DNA of 64,000 nucleotides from a bacterium (lineage in GTDB: Bacteria; Lindowbacteria; 2-12-FULL-62-27). Where the stretch lies: assembly GCA_016202645.1 (NCBI GenBank), contig JACQOF010000127.1:71714-135713 (forward strand). The letters run 5' to 3'. The notes beneath the pieces were generated by a model. It made no database searches. It saw only the letters and a list, made by a program, of their open reading frames with translations, and had not been told where the DNA came from. Positions 25,860 through 35,231 of the stretch are shown piece by piece. Positions within the stretch are counted from its first letter, which is position 1. Every line of letters begins with the position of its first letter. A program made the translations under genes and the position numbers.

Positions 25860-26234
25860 CTATTTCAGCGCCGTCGCGATGGCGGCGAGGAAAATCATGC
25901 CGATGAACCAGTTCCGGACGGGCTTGTTGTCGGGCTTTTTTGGTTTGTCCCGATCGCGCTCCGCCTGTTTGGGTTTTTGCATTTTCTCTCCCGCTGTCAT
26001 GTCCGGATTGTCGGACTTGAGTCCCGCCTGCGCCGATTCCTTTTTCATTTTGGATTCGTCGCGCGGCGTCTTGGCGTCGGTGGGAGACTCCTCCGACTGC
26101 TGGGATTTGTCCTTGCCGACAACCGTCGCCTGTTCGGTTCGATCCACGGCCACGGCCATTTCCCCGAATCCCGAAACGATCAGGCTGAGGCTCAACACAG
26201 CCGTCAATCCCCCAAGAAAAATTCGCTTTAACAT
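25860..26234 (-). CDS. small doubly anchored Lys/Glu/Asp-rich protein
   Basis: Start at ATG 26234 (RBS GGTGGAG upstream): MLKRIFLGGLTAVLSLSLIVSG, an approximately 80-aa charged low-complexity region, then the C-terminal hydrophobic WFIGMIFLAAIATALK. The upstream part of ORF 25860-26579 overlaps the giant TPR gene. Confidence 0.55.
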   Translation of the reverse strand: MLKRIFLGGLTAVLSLSLIVSGFGEMAVAVDRTEQATVVGKDKSQQSEESPTDAKTPRDESKMKKESAQAGLKSDNPDMTAGEKMQKPKQAERDRDKPKKPDNKPVRNWFIGMIFLAAIATALK

Positions 26235-26250
26235 TTTCTCCACCTCTCTT

Positions 26251-29200
26251 TCAGTTGTTTGGGTCATTTGTATTTTTTCCGTCCGCCAATACCCTCGCCT
26301 CATGGGCGACGGGGCTGTTTGGGAATTTGGCGAGCAACTCCGCCGCGGCATCTTTGGATTTTTGCAAGTTGCCGGTTTTGGCATAGAGGCTGGAAATTCT
26401 GAAAAGCGCTTCGGCGGCCAGATCCGATTGCGTGTCGGATTCGTGCATGGCCAAAACTTTGTAATAGGCGATGAGGCTTTCCGGCATCCGCCCGGACGAC
26501 TCCAAGAGGTCGGCGGCGCGGAATTGGGCGGTACCGGCCAATGGGCCGTCCCCGTCCGCGAGCTTGTCGTACTCGTCATAGGCCGATACGGTGTCGCCGT
26601 AGATGGCCAGGGACTGCGCGTATAGCATCCGGATTTGGTCGGATGCGGAGGCGAACGGTTTTAAGTGGCGGTTCGCCGCCGAGTAATCTTCGGCCTGGAA
26701 GGCCAGGATGCCTTTCAGGAGATTTGGCGCGCCGGCGGAGACGCCGGACGGCAATGGATCGGCCGCAAGCGTTTTCAGGGCACGGTCGGCGCCGAGTTCA
26801 AAAAGCGTTTGGGTCAATTGATGGTAGACGGTCCGGGCGGCCGCGTCACTCAAGTTTTCGCGTCTTTTCCATGCCGCCTGCAAATATGGCCGTGCCTCCA
26901 GCCACAGTTTTTGAGAGGCGGCGTCTTGCGCGATTCGATAGGATGACCATGCGACATAGAACGTCTCGGAGGATGATCCGTCGGCGATCTTATGAAAATC
27001 CGCCAAGGCGGCCTGGGTGTCCGAGAGGGCCAGCCGCGAAAGGGCCGAGACGTAGCGCGCGGCGAGTTTGGAGACGCCGAGCCTGTTTTCGATAAGATCG
27101 GCGATGCGGATGACGTCGAGGTGGCGTTTATCCTGCGCGGCGGCGTCGAGGAGAGCATCGGCGGCGCGTAAAGCCCACTCGCCCGTCGCGCCTCGTTGCA
27201 GATACTCTTCGAGGATCGGCAGCCCCCGCGCGCCACGCGAGACGGCGAGTTTGACCTTGCGGGATTCGGCCTGTTCCCGCAGATCGGCCCCGGCGTCACG
27301 ATTGTTCTGGATGGACGTGTAGATGGCGTCGGCGCGGTCGGGATTGTCCATCGATTCGTGAAGTTGCGCGGACGTCAGGAGGACTTCCGTTCGGCGGCGC
27401 GCCGGGACGTCCATGGCCAGAAGGTCATATATGGCGTCCTGGGATTTGTCGTCGTCCTTCAGGGCCAATCGCGCCCATAGGTTGTATTCCGCGGCGGCAA
27501 TCTGATTCTGGCGGCCGGAAATATTTTTTTTGAATTTATCGTAGAGCCGGACGATTTCCGAGGGTTCGGCGGCCGATTTGGCGGCGGCGAAGACGTTGAT
27601 GAGGGCTTCCTGGAAAAAGGGCGCGGATTTCCCGTTCGGCGCGTCGAGAATGGATACAAGGATCTCCCGCGCCCGAGCGTATTCCTTTTGATCCATCAGA
27701 TGGTTGCCGTAGCGGAACCGGGCGGCGAGGCGGATTTCATCGTCGGGGAAATCGATGAGACGTTTATAAAGTTCGACGGCGCCTTTATCTCCAAGCTGGG
27801 AGAGGGCCTCAGCCCGGTAAAAATCGAAATTGGCGCGGACAACGGAGTCGATGTCCTTTGCGCCGAATCCCTCCAGCGCGCCGATCGCCTCCCGCGGTCG
27901 GCGGAGTTTGACGGCGGCGTCAGCGGCGGCGAGGGCGATTTCGGGGTTGGGGCCGTACGCGGCGCGGTGAGATCGGGCCAAAGTCAGGACCATGTCGGAG
28001 TCTTCGCGTTTTTTCGCAATGCGCACGCGGAGCCGCATCATCTCCTCCGCCACCGTGCGTTCAACTTTTCGTTTTTCGAGAAAATCAAGTTTTCGTTCCG
28101 CGGCGTCGAGGTCGCCGCGATTTTGGTAAAGCCGCGCCGCTTCCATCGCCACATCCACAGCAAGCGGAACATCGGGATTTTGCTGTAAGAACCGTTCGAA
28201 TCCGCTCAATGCGCTTTCCGCAAACCCGAGCTTGATTTTGCACAGTCCCGCGGCATAGGCGGCTTCCCGGCCCCATCCCGTAGCGGCATGGGTTTCGGCG
28301 AGCGCAGTATAGCGGTTGAGAGCAGATTTGAAGCGTTTGAGGTTATATTCGCAGTCGGCCCGACGCAGATAGGATTCGATCAGAAGCTCCGTATCGGCCG
28401 ATGGGCCGACGTCTTCGAAATAGGGGACAGCTTCATCGAATCGCTCGGCGTCAAAGAGCGTCATGCCCATCAGAAAGTTTGCTCTGGACGAAATTACGGG
28501 ATCCCGAATGCGGCCCGCGAGGCGCTTGAAATCCGATTCCAATTCCGCGTATCGCTCCCTCCGGTAGAGCAACGAAAAGAGGCCGTAGATGCTGTTATCC
28601 ATCGTCTGCGGCGGCGCGGCCGGTTTGGCGAGCGCTTCGCGGTAGAGCTGTTCCGCCGCCGGCCATTTGGCAAGAGTTACTTTGACGTAGCCGAGTTTGT
28701 AGAGGAAGGCGGGATCGGATTTGAAGGATTTGAGCGCGCTCAATGGCTCCAAAATCACCTCGGCCTCAAGGAAGCGGCTCTGAAGGATGCGGACGGATGC
28801 CATGTTGTATTGAGCGTCCGAGAGGAACGGGCTGGAGAGAATGTCTTTAAGAGATTTGCCGGAAAGCAATTTGCCAAATTCCATTTCGGCATCGTCCGGC
28901 CGGCTTTCTTCAACCGCCATGACGCCGAGATGGAATCGCGCTTCGGCGGCGTATTTACCGGCCGAATGCACATCCAAATACGAGCGGAAGGCCGTTTTGG
29001 CGTTGAGGGACTCGCCCGTTCCCTGAAGAATTCGGGCGCGCCAGAAATCAGCGTCGTCGGCCAAATCCGGCATGGGGCGGTTCGTCAGCCAACGGGACAG
29101 CCTGTCCAAGGCGTCCTGGGCGGCCGGGAGGTCACGCAGTTTAAAGTGAGCCAGTGTTTTGTAGTAAAGAGTCTTGCCGTAGATTTCGGCGTCGGATGGG

Positions 29201-31035
29201 AATTTGCCGAGCATGTCGGTCGTGTATCTCAAAAGATTTTTGTAATTTTCAGCGGCATAAAGGCGGTCGAAGATGAAGGCATAGGCGCGGGCGTCGCCCA
29301 CGGCGGCGGCAAAGGCGTCGATGGTTTCGATCAGACTTTTCCTCGCGTGTTTCACCGAAAAATCGACAAGGTGCGAATAGGCGAGGAAGAGCGCGTCGGC
29401 ATCGACCTGTTTGGCGGCGGTGACGGCCCGTTTGTAGGCATCGAGCGCCTCGTCCGGCTTGCCCTGCGCGTCAAGAATGTCGCCCCGGAGGACCATCGCG
29501 GCGGCGGCCGTTGTATCCGTTGCGGCGTCCATTTTAATTTTTGACGCAGTCTCGAAGAACGATTCAAGCGCTTTATTTGCCTTTGAATAATTTTTGCCCT
29601 GAAAATGAGCGAGCGCGGTGAAGTAGCGGTAACGCTGTCCGGCGCGGGTATCCGTAGATTCGGCGGCCAAAAGACCGAACAGTTTCGCGGCCTCTTTGGA
29701 TTTTCCGGCGGCCAAAAGCGCGTCGGCCAGAAAAGGTTTGAGGCGCGGAACAAGGTCGTCGTTCGGTTCCTTGATTCGGTCGAGCGTCGCGACGGCGGTG
29801 TCGAACTGTCCGGCGGAATGGAGGCTGAGCGCCATGTCGAAAAGGCACAGGTTGAGGGCGGGGCGCGTCGGCGCGGCGAGGGCGGCGCGTTCGAAGTAAT
29901 CAACAGCGTCGGCATGGCGGCCAGTTTCAAAAAAAATCCGGCCGGTGAGCCGAATGACGCGGTAATCCTTATTTGAGATGCGGGCAAGAAATACCATGGC
30001 CCGGTCGAAATTTTTCTGAAGGAAGGCGGAGTCGGCGCGAAAGAGGAGAATTTCGTCCACCCGGTCCGCCCGGCCGCTTTCCCGCGCCAGATTTTCGGCG
30101 GCTTTGGCCATGTCGTCCGCCGCCTGTCGATTGCCTTTGTCCCTGTAGAGGTGGGCCAACCGCAAGGCGGCGTCGGACCGCAAGCCGGCGGACGCTGTCT
30201 TGTCCTCGAAGACTTCGCTGAATAGGGCCCGCGCCTTTTCCGTTTCGTCCATGCCGATATGGGCCCACGCGCCTCCGTAGAGAGCCTCGGTGCGGATCTC
30301 GCGAGGAACGCCGCGTCCTTTCACAAAAATTTTTCCGTACCACTGGAGGCACTCCTGATACCTGCCCTCATCGTAGGCGATGTCCGCCAAGGCGATGAGC
30401 GCCTCGGCCTGGCGAGGGCCGGGTTTTTCGGCGACGCGCAAAAGTTCCGCCCGACCATCCGGCAGGTTGCCCGCCCGGACGAGGAGAAACCCGAGCGCCA
30501 ACCCGGCGTCCTGTCGTTGGTCGGAGGGCAGTTTCGGCGTTGCCAATACATCCCGAAGGATCGATTCCGCGCGATGGGCGTCGCCGGCTTGGGCTACGCA
30601 GTCGGCGAGGGCGAGTTGGGCTTCAACGTGGAGTCCTTTGGAAGCGGGGTCTTCAACCACCCTGGAAAAAAACGCGCCGGCGTCTTTATAGCGTCCCAGT
30701 TTTTTAGAGGCATATCCGGCGGAGAGCACCGCGCGCGGGGCGAATTTGGTTTCCGGGAATTCGGCGGCGAGTCTTTTGTAAACCCCGAGCGCGTCGGCGT
30801 ATTTGCCGAGATTGTAATAGGACTCGCCGAGCATAAAGGTCACCTCGTCGGCGCGCGCAATCACGCCGGATCGGCTCAAAATCAGCTCGAACCTCTGCGC
30901 GGCCTCGCTGTATTCGCCTTTTTTGTAGAAGTGCATGGCGGTATTGAAGTCGCGCGAGATATCCGCTGCGGCGGGGACGGCGGCGGCATAAAAGACGGCC
31001 GCGCAGAGAACGAGCCTTCGAGAAAATGCGTCCAT
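26251..31035 (-). CDS. giant TPR-repeat protein (1594 aa)
   Basis: Signal peptide (MDAFSRRLVLCAAVFYAAAVPAAA from ATG 31035, RBS GAGAGGG), then TPR-like helices throughout. The track ORF starts at TTG 31050. Confidence 0.8.
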   Translation of the reverse strand: MDAFSRRLVLCAAVFYAAAVPAAADISRDFNTAMHFYKKGEYSEAAQRFELILSRSGVIARADEVTFMLGESYYNLGKYADALGVYKRLAAEFPETKFAPRAVLSAGYASKKLGRYKDAGAFFSRVVEDPASKGLHVEAQLALADCVAQAGDAHRAESILRDVLATPKLPSDQRQDAGLALGFLLVRAGNLPDGRAELLRVAEKPGPRQAEALIALADIAYDEGRYQECLQWYGKIFVKGRGVPREIRTEALYGGAWAHIGMDETEKARALFSEVFEDKTASAGLRSDAALRLAHLYRDKGNRQAADDMAKAAENLARESGRADRVDEILLFRADSAFLQKNFDRAMVFLARISNKDYRVIRLTGRIFFETGRHADAVDYFERAALAAPTRPALNLCLFDMALSLHSAGQFDTAVATLDRIKEPNDDLVPRLKPFLADALLAAGKSKEAAKLFGLLAAESTDTRAGQRYRYFTALAHFQGKNYSKANKALESFFETASKIKMDAATDTTAAAAMVLRGDILDAQGKPDEALDAYKRAVTAAKQVDADALFLAYSHLVDFSVKHARKSLIETIDAFAAAVGDARAYAFIFDRLYAAENYKNLLRYTTDMLGKFPSDAEIYGKTLYYKTLAHFKLRDLPAAQDALDRLSRWLTNRPMPDLADDADFWRARILQGTGESLNAKTAFRSYLDVHSAGKYAAEARFHLGVMAVEESRPDDAEMEFGKLLSGKSLKDILSSPFLSDAQYNMASVRILQSRFLEAEVILEPLSALKSFKSDPAFLYKLGYVKVTLAKWPAAEQLYREALAKPAAPPQTMDNSIYGLFSLLYRRERYAELESDFKRLAGRIRDPVISSRANFLMGMTLFDAERFDEAVPYFEDVGPSADTELLIESYLRRADCEYNLKRFKSALNRYTALAETHAATGWGREAAYAAGLCKIKLGFAESALSGFERFLQQNPDVPLAVDVAMEAARLYQNRGDLDAAERKLDFLEKRKVERTVAEEMMRLRVRIAKKREDSDMVLTLARSHRAAYGPNPEIALAAADAAVKLRRPREAIGALEGFGAKDIDSVVRANFDFYRAEALSQLGDKGAVELYKRLIDFPDDEIRLAARFRYGNHLMDQKEYARAREILVSILDAPNGKSAPFFQEALINVFAAAKSAAEPSEIVRLYDKFKKNISGRQNQIAAAEYNLWARLALKDDDKSQDAIYDLLAMDVPARRRTEVLLTSAQLHESMDNPDRADAIYTSIQNNRDAGADLREQAESRKVKLAVSRGARGLPILEEYLQRGATGEWALRAADALLDAAAQDKRHLDVIRIADLIENRLGVSKLAARYVSALSRLALSDTQAALADFHKIADGSSSETFYVAWSSYRIAQDAASQKLWLEARPYLQAAWKRRENLSDAAARTVYHQLTQTLFELGADRALKTLAADPLPSGVSAGAPNLLKGILAFQAEDYSAANRHLKPFASASDQIRMLYAQSLAIYGDTVSAYDEYDKLADGDGPLAGTAQFRAADLLESSGRMPESLIAYYKVLAMHESDTQSDLAAEALFRISSLYAKTGNLQKSKDAAAELLAKFPNSPVAHEARVLADGKNTNDPNN

Positions 31036-31123
31036 AATCAACCCTCTCAAAATTCGGGGTGTTTAATTTTTCTCCGGTTGTTCCGGCAATCCTTCGATCG
31101 ATCCGTCGATGGCGACTGTACGC

Positions 31124-31363
31124 TCAGTCCGTCAAGCGGCGCGGTACAGCCCGCCGAAATAGTGCAGAACATCCCGCATCCAAGCCAAGACGTCCGCGCA
31201 TACGAAACGTCTGCGGGGTCAGATGCCTCCTGAAGCGCCGGCGGATATCGAGCAGATTTTTCGCCGTTTTGTCTTCAAATATCTCATCCGGCGTACCGCC
31301 CAGCATGTGCTTAAGGTCGCATCCAAATACTTTTTCCATCGCATCATTTACAAACGTGATCAC
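31124..31363 (-). pseudogene. isolated PAS-domain fragment (probable gene remnant)
   Basis: GVITFVNDAMEKVFGCDLKHMLGGTPDEIFED is a typical PAS N-terminal half. The remainder is Arg-rich and non-PAS-like. Only 79 codons, with no output domain. Confidence 0.4.
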
Positions 31364-31401
31364 TCCATATGACCGCCCTATATTTTTGGCGGGCGCCCCG
31401 G

Positions 31402-32409
31402 TTATTCTTTGACGATCAGGCCGGTCGTGAATGAGGCCTTGGTAAATGCGCCGGCGGGGCTGACGGCTGTCACAAAAGTTTTGCCGCTGTAGACGTGGCG
31501 AGCCGCCGCGCGATTGAAATTCAAGGGATATTTCACATAGAGCGATTGATTTTTCCGCAGGTCGGCCCCGAACGCCGTGCGCTTGAAATCATTGACCACA
31601 ACCTGCAGGAGGCCATCCGGCGTCACACCGATCGAATAGTCGGACTTGGCAAGCGTCCACTCCGTGCCGTAGATGTCCGTGACGAGAACCGTGACACCCT
31701 GGAGATTTTTCGGCGCGGCCCAGCCGTCGTAAATTTCGTCAAGGATCGCCATGCTTGCGATCGGCACGGCGCCGGTGTTCGTCACGGTGATTCTCGGCGT
31801 GACGGCGCCCTGCCGTTTCAAGATCACCTGTTCGGGTTTGTATTCCTTGGCCCCTTCGAACTTCGGAAGATTGACCGCATCGAAAGAGAGATTGAATCGG
31901 AGATAATACACGCCGGACCGCGCCTGCGGCGTTGACCGAAGTTGAAAATCGTCGCCGATCTGAAACCCGGGCTGCCAGACCCCCAGCGCTGAATAGTCCC
32001 ACTCATAATCGGCTTCCGTATAAAATGAAAATGGATGGGGAGAGAGCGGCCCCCGGAAGGAGACGACGTTCCCGATGTCCGGGTCGGAAACAAATCCGTC
32101 GATTTCGGAAAACCGCAGCGGGGTCCACGAAACGATTCCGTCGAAGTCCGGTAGATACGGAACCCCCATGCGATACACGACGCGCTCCACGGCAACACCC
32201 TGCGCATCCACCTGGAGACGACGCTTGAAATAAATGGACTGGCCGGGATAAATGCGAAGCGGTGCGATCTCCGTATTCTCGTGAATGGTCGCCCCTTCCT
32301 TTTCCCAGTCAAACCTGAAAAAAGCGGCCCGGGCCGGCTGGATCCCGGCAAGAAACAATATGTAGAAGCCGGCCACGCACAAACACACTCCAAAAATTTT
32401 CTTGTTCAT
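31402..32409 (-). CDS. secreted hypothetical beta-rich protein
   Basis: Signal peptide MNKKIFGVCLCVAGFYILFLAGIQPARA with good coding composition. No family recognised. Confidence 0.65.
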   Translation of the reverse strand: MNKKIFGVCLCVAGFYILFLAGIQPARAAFFRFDWEKEGATIHENTEIAPLRIYPGQSIYFKRRLQVDAQGVAVERVVYRMGVPYLPDFDGIVSWTPLRFSEIDGFVSDPDIGNVVSFRGPLSPHPFSFYTEADYEWDYSALGVWQPGFQIGDDFQLRSTPQARSGVYYLRFNLSFDAVNLPKFEGAKEYKPEQVILKRQGAVTPRITVTNTGAVPIASMAILDEIYDGWAAPKNLQGVTVLVTDIYGTEWTLAKSDYSIGVTPDGLLQVVVNDFKRTAFGADLRKNQSLYVKYPLNFNRAAARHVYSGKTFVTAVSPAGAFTKASFTTGLIVKE

Positions 32410-33089
32410 CTTGTTCCTCCCGCTTTTTTATGACTCCGGCCGATGTCGGACCCGGCGCGATCGATCAACCGGATTCGACACACTCTGTCCCTCGCATATG
32501 CAAGGCTCGAACCCAGCCGCGGCCCGACACGGAGAAATGATTGCAAGTGGTGAATTTTGAAATGGATACGAAACAGGAGATGGATAATGATTTTACCCGG
32601 AGACGAGTGAGTGCTAACGCCGAAAGATTAACGTGTTAAGCGAACCCGTCCTCCACAACAAGAACATGGCCATTCATGTGGACGCATTCTCCCCTGTCAG
32701 CGGCAGGGTCAGGGTCGGCCGCGCACCCATCATCTTGCCGGCCTCATCGACGATGTTGCAGGCTTCAACCATCCCGCCGTGCGCCTCCGTGATTCCTTTC
32801 GTCCATCGGGGAGTCGAATGTGGACGGTGGACAGAATCTGCAGGTCTTCATCGATTCGAGTGAAATCATACGTGAAAGTATTTTTTTGGATACACCACGG
32901 CGTCGACAGGGCCACGGACGAACATTCCCAATATCCTGATTACAAGGCTGTTACTTATCGTTTTTCCGGCGCGGAGCGCTCAGGTACGTGACTTGCTGTA
33001 GTATCAGGCGAAGCAACATTCAGAAAGGAAGGTGGACAGTATGGCCGGGCAGACACGGGTTGACTCAGCCGGCGACCGGGAGGGCCGTC

Positions 33090-33596
33090 ATGAATCCGGA
33101 AACGCGTAACGCGGTCGGCGGACCAACCCGGCGTCTTTCCGCCGCCGAGCTCAACGCCTGCATCGACGCCCTCACGGAAAGTTTCAACCAGCTTCAGCTC
33201 GGATACATCCGCCGGAGCAAAGTCTTCGCGGTGCCGTCCGGCTGGCGCCCGGAAGGCTTTGTCATCTTTTCGTGGGTCGACCGCTGGACGAACTGTTTTT
33301 TGGCTCTCGACATCGACCCGCGCCTGGCCTCGCGGATTACGCGCTACATCAGCCCGCGCCGGGGATCGATGAGCGACCGGGACGTGCGGTTGGCGCTTCA
33401 GATCATTGGCACGGACGTCGTCAGCGGCATGCAAACGCGTCTGGTTCGGGACGGCATCATGTCCCAGATTTCGCCGCCCGACGTGCTCACTCCCGAAGAA
33501 TGGCGCCGCCGCCATCCCCCGGAAGTCCCGGTCGGGATCGTCCCGCTCTACTCCTCCTGCGGCATCTGCCATCTCGCATTCAATCTGAGCGCGTGA
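33090..33596 (+). CDS. hypothetical protein (weak CheX/CheC-like pattern)
   Basis: ATG 33090 with GGGAGGG 6 nt upstream, 168 aa. ALDIDPRLASRITRYI...DVRLALQIIGTDVVSGMQTRL faintly resembles CheX-type phosphatases. Confidence 0.45.
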   Translation: MNPETRNAVGGPTRRLSAAELNACIDALTESFNQLQLGYIRRSKVFAVPSGWRPEGFVIFSWVDRWTNCFLALDIDPRLASRITRYISPRRGSMSDRDVRLALQIIGTDVVSGMQTRLVRDGIMSQISPPDVLTPEEWRRRHPPEVPVGIVPLYSSCGICHLAFNLSA

Positions 33597-33675
33597 TTGG
33601 GTTTTTCATTGACACCAGAGCGGTCCCCCATGTAGGCTGTTCTGCCAAAAAAACTCAATGGGGGTGGTTTTCCGC

Positions 33676-35193
33676 ATGGCCAAGCAATTCGACACCGTCG
33701 TCAAGGGCGGCACCATTTACACCGCAACGGACACCTACGTCGCGGACATCGGCATCAAAGGCGAAAAAATCACGGCGATCGGCATGAACCTTCAGGCCGC
33801 CGGCGCGGACGTCATCAACGCCCGGGACCTTCAAGTCATTCCCGGCGGGATCGACCCGCACGTCCATCTGCAGCTGCCGTTCTGCGGGACCGTATCCTCC
33901 GACGATTTCTACACCGGCACGCGCGCCGCGGCCTGCGGCGGCGTCACAACCGTCCTCGATTTCGCCGGGCAGGGAACTCACGACAACCTGATGGCGGGCA
34001 TTGAAGCGCGCATGAAGGAAGCCCGGGACAAGGTCGTCATCGACTATTCCCTGCACACCATGGTCACGGGCTTTAAGAAACTCAAAAATCCCCTCAAAGA
34101 ATTCCAGCGTCTCATGGAGTTCGGCGTGGCCAGCCACAAGATGTTCATGATCTACGAGCGTGAAGGCTGGAACGCCACGGACGACGACATCTTCGGCGCC
34201 ATGCTCGCCGCCCAGGAAGTCGGCGCGACCCTCTGCATGCACGCCGAGAGCGAGAAAGTCATGAACTATCTCGTCGGCATGGCGCTCAAGAAAAACCTCG
34301 GCGCCTACGGCCACGTCGTCTCGCGGCCGAATTTCATCGAGGAGGAAGCCATCCAGCGCGCGATCAAGTGGGCTTCCGCCACCGGCGCCCATCTTTATGT
34401 CGTTCACATGTCGACCGGCGGAGGCGCCCAGCTGTTCAAGGAAGCCCAGGCGAAGGGAATCAACGTCCACGTCGAGACCTGTCCGCAGTACCTGGTCTTG
34501 AACGACGAAGTCTTCAAGGACAAAAAGACCGGCCATTACTACGCGACCTGCCCGCAGATCAAGAAAAAGGAAGACTGCGAGCGGATGTGGAAAGGTCTTC
34601 AGGACGGCGAGGTCGCGGTGGTGTCGACCGACACGTGCACGTTCACGACCAAGCAAAAAGCCATGTGGAACGGCGATTTCACGCGGATCCCCTTCGGGAT
34701 GCCCGGCGTCGAGACCCTTCTGCCGTCCGTCTATTCCTTCGGCGTGCGCGGCGGAAAATTCAGCCTGAACCATTTCGTCTCCCTGATCGCGACCAATCCG
34801 GCCAAGATCATGGGAATGTATCCGCAGAAGGGCACCATCATGGTCGGTTCCGACGCGGACCTGTCGATCATCGATCCGGATGAAAGCCGGATCATCGACT
34901 ACAAGAAACTCGCCAGCAACTGCGACTGGTCTCCCTTTCAGGGATGGAAACTCTACGGGTTTCCGAAGTTCACCCTCTCCCGGGGTACCGTCCTCGTCCG
35001 GAACGGCAAGTTCGACGAGAAGGCCGGGCGCAAGGGCCGCGGGCGGTTCGTCAAGCGGGGGCCGTTCGGATGGCGGAACCTCAGCCGGCCCTGGTACGTG
35101 CCGGACCACAAGCCCCAGGTTCCGGCGGAGCTTTTCGGTGAAGGCGCGAAGTCCGACAACAGTGGGCGCAAGAGGGCGGCGGTCGGAGTCTAG
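33676..35193 (+). CDS. dihydropyrimidinase/D-hydantoinase (cyclic amidohydrolase)
   Basis: VKGGTIY...IPGGIDPHVHLQLPF (HxH metal site), GGVTTVLDF, SHKMFM (carboxylated Lys), CMHAE, YVVHMS and VSTDTC. Start at ATG 33676 (GGGGGTGG upstream). Confidence 0.85.
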   Translation: MAKQFDTVVKGGTIYTATDTYVADIGIKGEKITAIGMNLQAAGADVINARDLQVIPGGIDPHVHLQLPFCGTVSSDDFYTGTRAAACGGVTTVLDFAGQGTHDNLMAGIEARMKEARDKVVIDYSLHTMVTGFKKLKNPLKEFQRLMEFGVASHKMFMIYEREGWNATDDDIFGAMLAAQEVGATLCMHAESEKVMNYLVGMALKKNLGAYGHVVSRPNFIEEEAIQRAIKWASATGAHLYVVHMSTGGGAQLFKEAQAKGINVHVETCPQYLVLNDEVFKDKKTGHYYATCPQIKKKEDCERMWKGLQDGEVAVVSTDTCTFTTKQKAMWNGDFTRIPFGMPGVETLLPSVYSFGVRGGKFSLNHFVSLIATNPAKIMGMYPQKGTIMVGSDADLSIIDPDESRIIDYKKLASNCDWSPFQGWKLYGFPKFTLSRGTVLVRNGKFDEKAGRKGRGRFVKRGPFGWRNLSRPWYVPDHKPQVPAELFGEGAKSDNSGRKRAAVGV

Positions 35194-35202
35194 TCGTCCT
35201 TA

Positions 35203-35231
35203 GTCTGGATTCCCGCTTTCGCGGGAATGAC
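35203..35231 (-). repeat. REP-type hairpin, single unit
   Basis: gtctggattcccgctttcgcgggaatgac. It contains the ATG 35227 used by the ORF track for the next gene. Confidence 0.85.

Noticed and set aside
25855-26625. 256-aa plus-strand ORF and the 239-aa minus ORF 25860-26579 between exbB and the giant TPR gene.
   Set aside because: The plus-strand ORF is a shadow frame. Only the last 124 codons of the minus ORF (from ATG 26234, with an RBS) are non-overlapping and protein-like; the remainder overlaps the 3' end of the giant TPR gene.
33655-35109. 484-aa minus-strand ORF antisense to the hydantoinase gene. Similar long antisense ORFs occur at 298-1116(+), 10719-12218(+), 13011-14255(+), 28288-29544(+), 35542-36933(-), 37190-38215(-), 43683-44582(-), 45518-46777(-), 50911-52122(-) and 51618-52913(+).
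   Set aside because: Their composition is typical of high-GC shadow frames (Arg/Gly/Pro/Asp/Val-rich, no motifs). Each lies opposite a gene with unmistakable family motifs.
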